Of a stretch of 54,108 nucleotides of DNA, positions 12,860 to 44,316 are shown piece by piece. The DNA is taken from contig JAQGDQ010001223.1 in the NCBI GenBank assembly GCA_030141605.1, positions 1 through 54,108 of the forward strand, read 5' to 3'. The notes beneath the pieces were generated by a model. It was not told the DNA's origin. It did not search any database and saw nothing but the letters and a program-made list of their open reading frames with translations. The stretch's first letter is position 1; the number at the start of each line of letters is the position of its first letter. The position numbers were made by a program, and so were the translations under genes. This DNA comes from Tubiluchus corallicola (taxonomy: Eukaryota; Animalia; Priapulida).

Positions 12860-13150
12860 TTTTGTACGACCGTGTTTTCTGCAGTGGTAGATGACCATCA
12901 GTGTTTGTATGACCATGTTTTGAGCAGTGGTAGATGACCATCAGTGTTTGTACGACCATGTTTTGAGCAGTGGTAGATGACCATGTTTTGAGCAGTGGTA
13001 GATGACCATCAGTGTTTGTACGACCATGTTTTGAGCAGTGGTAGATGACCATGTTTTGAGCAGTGGTAGATGACCATCAGTGTGTGTACGACCATGTTTT
13101 GAGCAGTTGTTCTGTCCTTTCCACTGCGAAACTTCAGTAGATGACCATCG
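12860..13150. repeat. 25/43-bp composite minisatellite
   Basis: gaccatgttttgagcagtggtagat with or without gaccatcagtgtttgtac. Confidence 0.88.
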
Positions 13151-14680
13151 GTGCCACGGTGTCACTCACTGTATGCAAGGTTACTATCTGATTACAGTAT
13201 GTTACTGTGGAACTCAGGTGGGTGACACAAGTGCCACGGTCTCACTCACTGTATGCAAGGTTACTATCTGATTGCAGTATGTTACTGTGGAACTCAGGTG
13301 AGTGACACAAGTGTCATGGTCTCACTCAGTGTATGCAAGGTTACTATCTGATTGTAGTATGTTACTGTGGAACTCAGGTGGGTGACACAAGTGTCACGGT
13401 CTCACTCACTGTATGCAAGGTTACTATCTGATTGTAGTATGTTACTGTGGAACTCACGTGGGTGACACAAGTGCCACGGTCTCACTCACTGTATGCAAGG
13501 TTACTATCTGATTGCAGTATGTTACTATGGAACTCAGGTGGGTGACACAAGTGCCACAGTGTCACTCACTGTATGCAAGGTTACTATTTGAGTGTAGTAT
13601 GTTACTATGGAACTCAGGTGGGTGACACAAGTGCCATGGTCTCACTCACTGTATGCAAGGTTACTATCTGATTGTAGTATGTTACTATGGAACTCAGGTG
13701 GGTGACACAAGTGTCACGGTCTCACTCACTGTATGCAAGGTTACTATCTGATTGCAGTATGTTACTATGGAACTCAGGTGGGTGACACAAGTGTCACGGT
13801 CTCACTCACTGTATGCAAGGTTACTATCTGATTGCAGTATGTTACTATGGAACTCAGGTGGGTGACACAAGTGTCACGGTCTCACTCACTGTATGCAAGG
13901 TTACTATCTGATTGTAGTATGTTACTGTGGAACTCAGGTGGGTGACACAAGTGCCACGGTGTCACTCACTGTATGCAAGGTTACTATCTGATTGCAGTAT
14001 GTTACTATGGAACTCAGGTGGGTGACACAAGTGCCACCGTGTCACTCACTGTATGCAAGGTTACTATCTGATTGTAGTATGTTACTATGGAACTCAGGTG
14101 GGTGACACAAGTGCCACAGTGTCACTCACTGTATGCAAGGTTACTATCTGATTGTAGTATGTTACTGTGGAACTCAGGTGGGTGACACAAGTGTCACGGT
14201 CTCACTCACTGTATGCAAGGTTACTATCTGATTGTAGTATGTTACTATGGAACTCAGGTGGGTGACACAAGTGTCATGGTCTCACTCAGTGTATGCAAGG
14301 TTACTATCTGATTGTAGTATGTTACTATGGAACTTAGGTGGGTGACACAAGTGTCATGGTCTCACTCACTGTATGCAAGGTTACTATCTGATTGTAGTAT
14401 GTTACTGTGGAACTCACGTGGGTGACACAAGTGCCACGGTCTCACTTACTGTATGCAAGGTTACTATCTGATTGTAGTATGTTACTATGGAACTCAGGTG
14501 GGTGACACAAGTGTCACGGTCTCACTCACTGTATGCAAGGTTACTATCTGATTGTAGTATGTTACTATGGAACTTAGGTGGGTGACACAAGTGCCACAGT
14601 GTCACTCACTGTATGCAAGGTTACTATCTGATTGTAGTATGTTACTGTGGAACTTAGGTGGGTGACACAAGTGTCACGTA
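13151..14680. repeat. 80-bp minisatellite, ~19 copies
   Basis: ctcactgtatgcaaggttactatctgattg.agtatgttact.tggaactcaggtgggtgacacaagtg recurs every 80 nt. Confidence 0.96.
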
Positions 14681-14947
14681 CTGTAGCATGACTTTAGACT
14701 GTAGTATGTCATCAAATTTCTTTTGCTAACAGTTTGTGAAATGCTGTGGTTTGAAATGCTAGTTTATATTATTTTTTCACTCGCTGTGGTTCTGTTTTAG
14801 ATTAAATTAAACTTGAACTTTGTGTTTGAGTTTTGTTAGAAAATAATAGTTCGTCAGAAAATAATAGTAGAATTGGTGGGTAGTAAGATTTTTTATATTT
14901 TAGCTTTAGCATAAACTAAATTGCCGTGTCTTACGCAATGAAAATTT

Positions 14948-17300
14948 TTTACCAGAAACTGACCAGATTTTACTGCGTTACAAACAGCAGTTGAGTTTGA
15001 CCGGAAACTGACCAGATTTTACTGCGTTACAAACAGCAGTTGAGTTTGACCGGAAACTGACCAGATTTTACTGCGTTGCAAACAGCAGTTGATTTTGACC
15101 AGAAACTGGCCAGATTTTACCACGTTACAAACAGCAGTTGATTTTGACCAGAAACTGACCAGATTTTACCACGTTACAAACAGCAGTTGATTTTGACCAG
15201 AAACTGACCAGATTTTACTGCGTTACAAACAGCAGTTGATTTTGACCAGAAACTGACCAGATTTTACCGCATTGCAAACAGCAGTTGATTTTGACCAGAA
15301 ACTGACCAGATTTTACCACGTTACAAACAGCAGTTGATTTTGACCAGAAACTGACCAGATTTTACTGCGTTGCAAACAGCAGTTGATTTTGACCAGAAAC
15401 TGACCAGATTTTACTGCGTTGCAAACAGCAGTTGATTTTGACCAGAAACTGACCAGATTTTACCACGTTACAAACAGCAGTTGATTTTGACCAGAAACTG
15501 ACCAGATTTTACTGCGTTGCAAACAGCAGTTGATTTTGACCAGAAACTGACCAGATTTTACCACGTTACAAACAGCAGTTGATTTTGACCAGAAACTGAC
15601 CAGATTTTACCACGTTACAAACAGCAGTTGATTTTGACCAGAAACTGACCAGATTTTACCACGTTACAAACAGCAGTTGATTTTGACCAGAAACTGACCA
15701 GATTTTACTGCGTTACAAACAGCAGTTGATTTTGACCAGAAACTGACCAGATTTTACCACGTTACAAACAGCAGTTGATTTTGACCAGAAACTGACCAGA
15801 TTTTACCACGTTACAAACAGCAGTTGATTTTGACCAGAAACTGACCAGATTTTACTGCGTTGCAAACAGCAGTTGATTTTGACCAGAAACTGACCAGATT
15901 TTACCACGTTACAAACAGCAGTTGATTTTGACCAGAAACTGACCAGATTTTACTGCGTTGCAAACAGCAGTTGATTTTGACCAGAAACTGACCAGATTTT
16001 ACCACGTTACAAACAGCAGTTGATTTTGACCAGAAACTGACCAGATTTTACCACGTTACAAACAGCAGTTGATTTTGACCAGAAACTGACCAGATTTTAC
16101 CACGTTACAAACAGCAGTTGATTTTGACCAGAAACTGACCAGATTTTACTGCGTTGCAAACAGCAGTTGATTTTGACCAGAAACTGACCAGATTTTACCA
16201 CGTTACAAACAGCAGTTGATTTTGACCAGAAACTGACCAGATTTTACCACGTTACAAACAGCAGTTGATTTTGACCAGAAACTGACCAGATTTTACTGCG
16301 TTGCAAACAGCAGTTGATTTTGACCAGAAACTGACCAGATTTTACCACGTTACAAACAGCAGTTGATTTTGACCAGAAACTGACCAGATTTTACCACGTT
16401 ACAAACAGCAGTTGATTTTGACCAGAAACTGACCAGATTTTACTGCGTTGCAAACAGCAGTTGATTTTGACCAGAAACTGACCAGATTTTACCACGTTAC
16501 AAACAGCAGTTGATTTTGACCAGAAACTGACCAGATTTTACTGCGTTGCAAACAGCAGTTGATTTTGACCAGAAACTGACCAGATTTTACCACGTTACAA
16601 ACAGCAGTTGATTTTGACCAGAAACTGACCAGATTTTACTGCGTTGCAAACAGCAGTTGATTTTGACCAGAAACTGACCAGATTTTACCACGTTACAAAC
16701 AGCAGTTGATTTTGACCAGAAACTGACCAGATTTTACCACGTTACAAACAGCAGTTGATTTTGACCAGAAACTGACCAGATTTTACCACGTTACAAACAG
16801 CAGTTGATTTTGACCAGAAACTGACCAGATTTTACCACGTTACAAACAGCAGTTGATTTTGACCAGAAACTGACCAGATTTTACCACGTTACAAACAGCA
16901 GTTGATTTTGACCAGAAACTGACCAGATTTTACCACGTTACAAACAGCAGTTGATTTTGACCAGAAACTGACCAGATTTTACTGCGTTGCAAACAGCAGT
17001 TGATTTTGACCAGAAACTGACCAGATTTTACCACGTTACAAACAGCAGTTGATTTTGACCAGAAACTGACCAGATTTTACCACGTTACAAACAGCAGTTG
17101 ATTTTGACCAGAAACTGACCAGATTTTACCACGTTACAAACAGCAGTTGATTTTGACCAGAAACTGACCAGACTTTACTGCGTTACAAACAGCAGTTGAT
17201 TTTGACCAGAAACTGACCAGATTTTACCACGTTACAAACAGCAGTTGATTTTGACCAGAAACTGACCAGATTTTACCACGTTACAAACAGCAGTTGATTT
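14948..17300. repeat. 49-bp minisatellite, ~48 copies
   Basis: Unit ttgaccagaaactgaccagattttaccacgttacaaacagcagttgatt. Confidence 0.97.
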
Positions 17301-17500
17301 ATTGCAAAAGAGGTCTTCAATTTAACGATTTTGCGATATGATTTTTAAGTTTTCATGGAGTTTATCTTGTAAGAAGAGTGACCACTGCACGTTGATCATT
17401 TGAAAATATGTGAAATGGTCAAGACAGCATTAAGAAGAAGTAGGGTGTAGCAAACTCCTTGGCAGGCGATTAATTACTGACATGCAGTGATAAGTAAGTA

Positions 17501-18024
17501 CAGTGAAACCTCGGTATAATGCTGACTTCGCTGAGCGACCAATTTTTTGGCAAAACAAAATCTTTACTTTTGCGTGGACGTGTCAGAGGGTTCTCGTGGT
17601 CAGGGAAAATCCTGGAAAATACAAGCTATCCTGGAAAGTCAGGGGAAAATGATGAAAATGGCGCGAAAAGCCCGGGAAATTGGAAAGGGATGCAAAAATA
17701 ATCACCGTGAACTGATATTTTTTCAAACATATTTTTATGTGATTCGTGTTCAAATAAATTTTGGTATGGCAGGTTCCCAGTTTCAATTTCTGTTCCAAAA
17801 ATAATGATTGGCCGACACATTATATATCAGTATATGTATGAATGTCCATACACAAAAATGTTTGAATATGTTTACTGGTAATGCAATTTCTCCTTATATT
17901 GGTCATGGAAAATCAATATTTGATCAGAGAAAAGTCCGGGAAATTTATTTTAAAATTCTGTGGGAATCCTGAATGGCAACTTTTACTGACGTCCCAAAGT
18001 AGGCGGTTCAAAGTGATTTGACTG
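17501..18024. mobile_element. Tigger/pogo-like MITE with a nested second MITE (17584-17971)
   Basis: ta|cagtgaaacc ... tttgactg|ta with TA TSD; inner element bounded by cagagggttct ... gggaatcctg. Confidence 0.5.
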
Positions 18025-19209
18025 TAGCCTATCCGGTTACGGGACATTTTCTTTAGCCATGTTAACTACTAATATGTATGCATTTAATAATATTTATGCA
18101 AGAATTGTAGTAATTTTTTTAAGTACCTCATATATCGGTCACCCCTAAAGTTGCGAGGCGGATTTTAAAAATGTATTAGGCGCTTCAGTCCCCGTCGAGT
18201 GTTCGTAGGAGATGAGGATGGTAGTGCGTGACGTGCGACGTAGGTTATTTCATCGTGTATATGTATATAATTATTTATTATTTAATCAGAATTGTGCTAA
18301 TAGAGGTCACAGTCTTAGTCGAGATACTTTTGCTACGTTAGTTATAGTGTGACTACTGGAGTTAGACGTGTGTCACAATAGTGAACTGGATTGAGATTTT
18401 GTGTTTTTCTGAAGGTTGTGAAGAGTGTGTAACTGCACGCTACTTGTGTAAATACTTCATGTTTGCAAGATAAATATAAATTATTGTGATGTGATATTCT
18501 TGAGATGTATTTGTATAAAAAATTGTTATACGTATGTATATATTTGTGTGTCGTCTGCTAGTATTAATATTTTCGCATTCTTTGCAAGACTTATTGCGAT
18601 CAAACTTCTTGGAAGAGTCGCTTTCCTAATTCGGTTGTTTGTCACCAGATGGCTCTTGTGAGAGGATTATGTTGCTGCATGTCACGTTGTACTTGTATTT
18701 TTGCAACAAAAGTTATATAGATTCTAGAATAGATACTTTCTGATATTTCACATTTTCCCTCATAGATGGCACCACATTTGGTGTGTGTTGGAAGCTTTCT
18801 ATAATAGTAGATAATTTCTAACAGTTCTTCTAACTCTATTAGCACTTTACTTATATTTTTGTCATACTTGGCATATTTTCGTAGTTAATGCAAAACTTCA
18901 GTGCCATCTACAGTTAAATCTTGTTTTCGTTTTTGAAAGCATTAACTTTAAAACAAAATGGCTGGAATCTGTTTGAAAGGCTGAGAAAAACTTTGTGGAT
19001 TTTCGTTGATATTTTAATGCTCACTTTAAAGTAATTTGAGGGGAAACGTGGGAAAATTGAACAATGGTGGATAAAAAATAATAATAAATCAAATAATGTA
19101 ACTTAATAAATTGTTATGATAAATTGCAAATGATGTCAGTTTGATTTCTGTCTAAACTGCTAAGTATCATAGATAAACTGTGAAGTCTTTATCAATGATT
19201 CTCAAAATG

Positions 19210-19510
19210 TGTTGCTTGCATAGCAAAATCGTCCATAAGTCAGCTTAAGCTTTTCTACTTATTCACACATTCTGAATCATCATTTCATGAGGATCATTTT
19301 GATACCAAGTTCATCACTCTGTGTTATTTCTAAGTTGAGATAATCCATGTTGAAGTTGAGGTGCAGGCTGTGCACTGAAAAGCATAACCTTGAGAAAGTC
19401 TCTGTCAAAGTCAGACATTGTTTTTTGTCACGTTTCTACAAAACACTTAACAACTGTAAGAATATTGGTTACTGCAGACTTTGCAAGAGCACATGGAAGT
19501 TATGTTTAAA
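19210..19510 (+). repeat. Dispersed repeat family C (inverted copy at ~25340-25642)
   Basis: Shared atgaggatcattttgataccaagttcatcactct; ORF-track peptides 19347(+) and 25171(-) are similar. Confidence 0.7.
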
Positions 19511-20319
19511 TCCAGTAGATGGCTCTTCCTGACAAAAATCTGCTCTTGTCAACAGAAAAAACCCAAAGCAAAATGGCTGCTTCCACGAGTTACTATTGGA
19601 GTTTGAAAATGCAAGTTTTTTATAATTGCAGTACTAGTGTCTAGCCAGAGAAGTGGGTGCGGGGTTTAAAAACTTAGACTTAGTATTTTTTGAACATTTT
19701 CTTGATAATTTGATGCTAGAATATAAAAGTGTGTTTCATAAAAAACAAAAAATTGACATTTTCATAACGTGGTTTTAACTATGCCGACTTACGGACGGTT
19801 TTGGTTTGCAAGCGCTCAAATGGCTGCTTTTGATTTTGTGGTGTTGAACTGTCATGGTTCAGCAATAATTCTGAAATGACTTCTGATTTCACGCGTATAG
19901 AAATAATGCATTGTGAAATTTTGTTCATGTTATAGGAAAATAAATTGGTGAAGAAAGTTAATGAATGTTTTTTCTTGAAATTATGTAGTTCTTAAAATTA
20001 AGCTCAAGGTACCTTTGTAAATGTATGAGAAAATCAAAACAATGACATTTTGTATCTCAAAGAAAATAAACCAGCAGAACTTTATTGTTTTGTAATACAG
20101 GTGGCACTGCTATCAGTGTTTATCACATTTATTATATTCTGTGCAGTTCGTTAAATGCATCTTACAATGTTTATATCGAAAAATGGCAGAAATACCTAAT
20201 ATGTTCTATCACACCATAAATACGACATTATCCATGACACGTTTATTTATAATATACAATGTAAACCGCGTCTCTTTTCTGCAAAATTAGTGTCCTTCTT
20301 TACCACTACAACATGGACA

Positions 20320-21196
20320 GTAGTAAGAGAAAGCATTAATATACAATCCATGAAGAGTAGCAAGAGAAAGCACTAATATACAATCCATGAAGAGTAGCAA
20401 GTGAAAGCATTAATATACAATCCATGAAGAGTAGCAAGAAAAAGCATTAATATACAATCCATGAAGAGTAGCAAAAGAAAACATTAATATACAATCCACG
20501 AAGAGTAGCAAGTGAAAGCATTAATATACAATCCATGAAGAGTAGCAAGTGAAAACACTAATATACAATCCATGAAGAGTAGCAAGTGAAAGCATTAATA
20601 TACAATCCATGAAGAGTAGCAAGAGAAAACACTAATATACATTCCATGAAGAGTAGCAAGAGAAAACACTAATATACAATCCACGAAGAGTAGCAAGTGA
20701 AAGCATTAATATACAATCCATGAAGAGCAGCAAATGAAAACACTAATATATAATCCAGGAAGAATAGCAAGTGAAAGCATTAATATACAATCCATGAAGA
20801 GTAGCAAGTGAAAACACTAATATACAATCCATGAAGAGTAGCAAATGAAAACACTAATATACAATCCACGAAGAGTAGCAAAAGAAAACACGAATATACA
20901 ATCCACGAAGAGTAGCAAGAGAAAGCATTAATATACAATCCATGAAGAGTAGCAAATGAAAACACTAATATACAATCCATGAAGAGTAGCAAGAGAAAAC
21001 ACTAATATACAATCCATGAAGAGTAGCAAGTGAAAACACTAATATACAATCCATGAAGAGTAGCAAATGAAAACACTAATATACAATCCATGAAGAGTAG
21101 CAAGTGAAAACACTAATATACAATCCATGAAGAGTAGGAAGCACTAATATACAATCCATGAAGAGTAGCAAATGGAAGCACTAATATACAATCCAT
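20320..21196. repeat. 37-bp minisatellite, ~24 copies, downstream of the CCDC117-like stop
   Basis: Unit aatatacaatccatgaagagtagcaagtgaaagcatt. Confidence 0.95.
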
Positions 21197-21325
21197 TACG
21201 TGTACTAGCGTTTTTACTGTTATGGAATATAAGGAATGAATTGTATCATTCCATGCTCACTAACAAAGAATACAAATAATAAAGTCTCATCATAACAAAT
21301 CAACTCTCTACGATGGAAACCTTTG

Positions 21326-40538
<19,213 letters not shown>

Positions 40539-40635
40539 TGCTAATATTTCGTTCACGAACAACGAACAAATCAGAAATATGCAGTCACATCACGTTCACC
40601 TAAAAGTTAAAACATAAACTATTACATTTAATTAT

Positions 40636-41296
40636 TAGGCCTGTAACGATACATTGATGTATCGTTCCATCATAATATGTTTTAACACGATACGTGTATC
40701 CAAAGTGCATCCATATCGTGATAATGTGAAACAGTGATGTTTAGCCAATTAGGAAGCAATTGATAAAAATTTATGCTGATAAAAACGATGTGAAATAATG
40801 CACGCTGCAGCTGTAGAGTTTACTGTAGATACACAACAATCAGTGAAGTGAATAGTAGTTAACTTAACACAGGTACTGCTAGCAGTCAAAGTGTTTGAAA
40901 ATACAAGGTGTTTAACCTGTAGTAGACTAATTATGTTGTTTACATATAAACTTGTGAAATGGTAAAAGTGAACCAGAAAATGCATAAGCAACTTTTAAAC
41001 CTAAAGCATTGATTGTTTTGCTTTTCTGGTGGCTTAGAATACAAACAATAACCTACACATTAGTATGACACAAGTAATAAATAAAAATTGAACAGTTTGT
41101 CATGTTATTTTAGCACTTAACAATTCTAAAGCTGCTGAATGATAAAACATGTTTAACATTTATTATCAATGGTTTCAACCCGTTTTTTAAAAAGTCTGCA
41201 AACATTAACTCAACTGCATCGTGACGCTTATTATACCGTGATATTAGTATCATGATATGTATCATATCACGACCTACGTGTATCGTTATAGCCCTA
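40636..41296. mobile_element. hAT-like MITE
   Basis: TIR taggcctgtaacgatac / gtatcgttatagcccta; degenerate 8-bp flanks ttaattat/gtaattag. Confidence 0.65.
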
Positions 41297-41543
41297 GTAA
41301 TTAGTAATTATGAACTAGCAATAAGTATCACCTTTGTTAACTGTTGCAGAAGCGTAGGCCTGCCATATAATGACTGTCCATGAATGGCTTCTAAGCTTGG
41401 CAGGCCCAGAATTCTGCTCACTTTTACAACAGTGATACACAATAACAAAGCAGAACTTACAAAATCAAGAAATTAAGGCCAAGCTAACTATAGTTTACAT
41501 CGACTTAAGTTCAAATCATCTTGTTCTTTCACTGCACACAGTT

Positions 41544-43075
41544 TCAGCTGTCGATAGGTGGTTGCAAAGACGAACAAAATTTATAGCAAGTGCACCATAA
41601 TATCTCTCGAGTCTTGCTCCTGAATCTTAACATCCGGGTAACCGACGGGTATAAGGATTAAGTAATATGGTACCCGAGTCTGATTTTTGCTACCCTGGGC
41701 CTAATCGTGCAGCCTACAACGGTTTTTTGCCGTATATTATCCAAATTAACAGATCTAACCTTTTGCTGTCTACGTATATATTCATTATGTACGTATGTAT
41801 TTGAAATTCATTATGCATATATTATAAAATATCAATGTAATATTAATAAGTAAAATAATAAATCAAATCTAAGGCTCCCTTATTCTAATCTCAATCTAAT
41901 AAGTCCAAAATTACGACTATGGACTTAAAATTATGTAAAAATATTTGGGAATTTAAAAAACAACAACTTTACTTGTGATGTTTTTCATTTTCTTGGTTCA
42001 TCGTATTTAGTAAAGATATAGCACTAACAATTACGGTTTTTTTCTTCGGTATATTTATATACAATAACCAAAACCTTTACTCTGACAAAAATAGCTGTTG
42101 GCAAATAGTGTACACACCGAAATACTCCACTCCCTGCGTGCAGCACGTGAAGCAGCATCGCAAAGTTAAATACAGAAATTGACTTGATAACTCCAGTATT
42201 ACAGAACTGACGGTTTACTATAATCGAGGAACACAGGCACTGAAAAATAATTAGTCAATCACCATTTGTAGTATCGAGGGTATCAGACTACACGTTCTGT
42301 TAGTAAAGTCAATTGCATATCAACTAGGCCGGATTGTGTTGGGTTAGTAACATTACTATCATTAATTGGGTTACTTGTTTGGGTACTTACTTGCCACTAG
42401 AGTTAATTTCTTTTGACCTAGTTACATAAGTCATAAGTATTTTTTGTCAGCCATTTGCTCAAGGTGATCCAACTGCCTCCATTGCTCCTCTATTAACATC
42501 TTATCTCAGTGCCATCAGCATTATTCCGTTTCCCAATCTGACATCTTCTATGACGTCAATCGTTATTTTCCCATAGTTTAAACTGCCTCTTACATTGTAT
42601 CTCAGGGAAGCTTAATCACCAGTTAATAGGCATAATAAATTTTAACATGAAATAACTCTAGCTTGCAATAACTCCACTTGAAATCTGTAGCAAAAAATTT
42701 AATTAGTGAAACCGACGATATAGTACCAGCTAAAACCTAGCTAAACTTGCTGACGCAATGAATTAAAGCAAAGTGAAGTAATCCATCACTTCTCTATATT
42801 TGCTGTGGCCCACTTAATTAACCGCTCGCAAAAATGTGCAAAAATGTTGAGATGCTGGAACTCGATCATGGAGTGCAGCTTCTTCTAGAAATAATCATTC
42901 TAGAGTTGCTACACAGAGCATGTAACAATCGTGTGACAAGCATTGCGACAACAAGCTCAAAAAATAACTAAAACCATTTGATCGTTACCTTGTGGTCGTC
43001 AGAAAGAAAACAATTTGCGGAAAAACGTATGTTAAAGTGCTCCCATATTCCTTGTTGTGCACCCGCCGCTGCCAT
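41544..43075 (-). CDS. Unrecognised 100-aa protein, 5 exons: complement(join(41544..41619,41973..42023,42391..42417,42823..42884,42989..43075))
   Basis: gcaATGG Kozak start. Exons of 87/62/27/51/76 nt with GT-AG and compatible phases give MAAAGAQQGIWEHFNIRFSANCFLSDDHKKKLHSMIEFQHLNIFAHFCERSKEINSSGNAISLLNTMNQENEKHHKSKTREILWCTCYKFCSSLQPPIDS*. Acceptors of exons 3-4 are weak, and no homolog is recognised. Confidence 0.55.
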
Positions 43076-44185
43076 TGCTGTCTGTTTTGCGCCGTGTGTG
43101 TATTAAGATTTATTATTAATTTTATTTAAAGCTTTTTAATTGATGGTTTGAGGCTTCTCTTGCCACCCAGAATTATTTAACACATGACCATGCATTCCTT
43201 GCGATAAACAGCTTTTCAATAATTAGCCCTTCGTATGCGTAAATATAGTTATTTGTCTTCTAAGTCCTAGTAGTACTACGTTCTAAAACATGGCACGTCC
43301 CATCTATTGATGGCACGCATTTCTGTCCTCCGCCGTTACTTATACCTTAAATCTAGAGTTATGTATTTTATAATTAAACATAGTTGATGCGCAGTTATTA
43401 TTATTAGTGTTAGTACTATTAGTGTCAAGTTTGACTTAGGAATTTTAAAAGGTAGTAATCACAAGGACCCTGTGTAGTTTAGTGGTAAATAGATGATACG
43501 TTGTGTAAAATTTTTAATGAAAACGTTACAGGTATTGTCGTATTAAGAATAAGAGTTCCATCGTGACATCATGATGTTTGATAACAAATCGTTCAAACAT
43601 TCCCGGTAGAAGCATCTTTAATACTTGCATTTCAGTGAGAGCATGATCACATACTTGTATTGATTTTTTGCAAGCAAGTTAATTAGCTAATTACATTCAG
43701 TTTTGGCATAAACACAGGTCAATACGTTGTTATTTATTAACACACCGCAATCCATTATTTATGCAGCGCTGTTTAATGCGTGTTGCTGTAGCCAACAGCA
43801 AGATACAACAACTGTGATACGGGCATTAGGATTTTCATTTTCTCATATGACCCTGTTATTGTGCAAAATATGTGCTGTGTTACACTTTTGTTAAAAGTTT
43901 CATACTTCGAACCAGTGTAACGGAACATAGGCATTCGTGTGTGCAATTTTATGCTGTTAGATGGTGTAGTTGCATTTTCTCTGCCTGGTCATGTGACTAA
44001 ATTAACCACGTTGCTCAATTATCCAGTTTTCAGGCTGCATTTTCACTTCTGTTGCATAAAATGACTTGGTAAAAAAGACTGGCACAGATCTTCACTTCCG
44101 AGACGAATGTCTCGTGCGCCACCATCGTGCCTCTGCAAATCGCGTCCCAGCTTTTCCTCGTGATGACTAGCTCCTCGTAGTCACG
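43076..44185. promoter_or_regulatory. Probable bidirectional promoter region
   Basis: Divergent start codons at 43075 (-) and 44186 (+) lie 1.1 kb apart across apparently unique sequence; inferred from arrangement only. Confidence 0.5.
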
Positions 44186-44316
44186 ATGATGTCGGAACAA
44201 GACACCGTTGAACAGGATTTTGAGAGCGAAATCATCACCTACAGCGCAAGTTCGCTGGACGCTGCCTTCGGTCGAAATGGATACATTCTATCGCCGACAT
44301 CTACAGAGTCCGCGCA
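44186..44316 (+). CDS. KIF12: KIF12-like exon 1
   Basis: ATG ATG TCG GAA ... GCG CA|gtgagt; phase 2 fits exon 2. Confidence 0.7.

Noticed and set aside
11152-17300. CRISPR-like appearance of the 35-, 80- and 49-bp periodic arrays
   Set aside because: No unique spacers, no cas genes, and the context is eukaryotic; these are plain minisatellites.
41332-41420. Alternative minus-strand exon candidate downstream of the 100-aa ORF
   Set aside because: Weak acceptor and gtgata donor; several frames are possible and it is not needed for a consistent model.
43782-43796. RFX X-box-like gttgctgtagccaac upstream of KIF12
   Set aside because: Second half-site deviates from RGYAAC; chance match likely.
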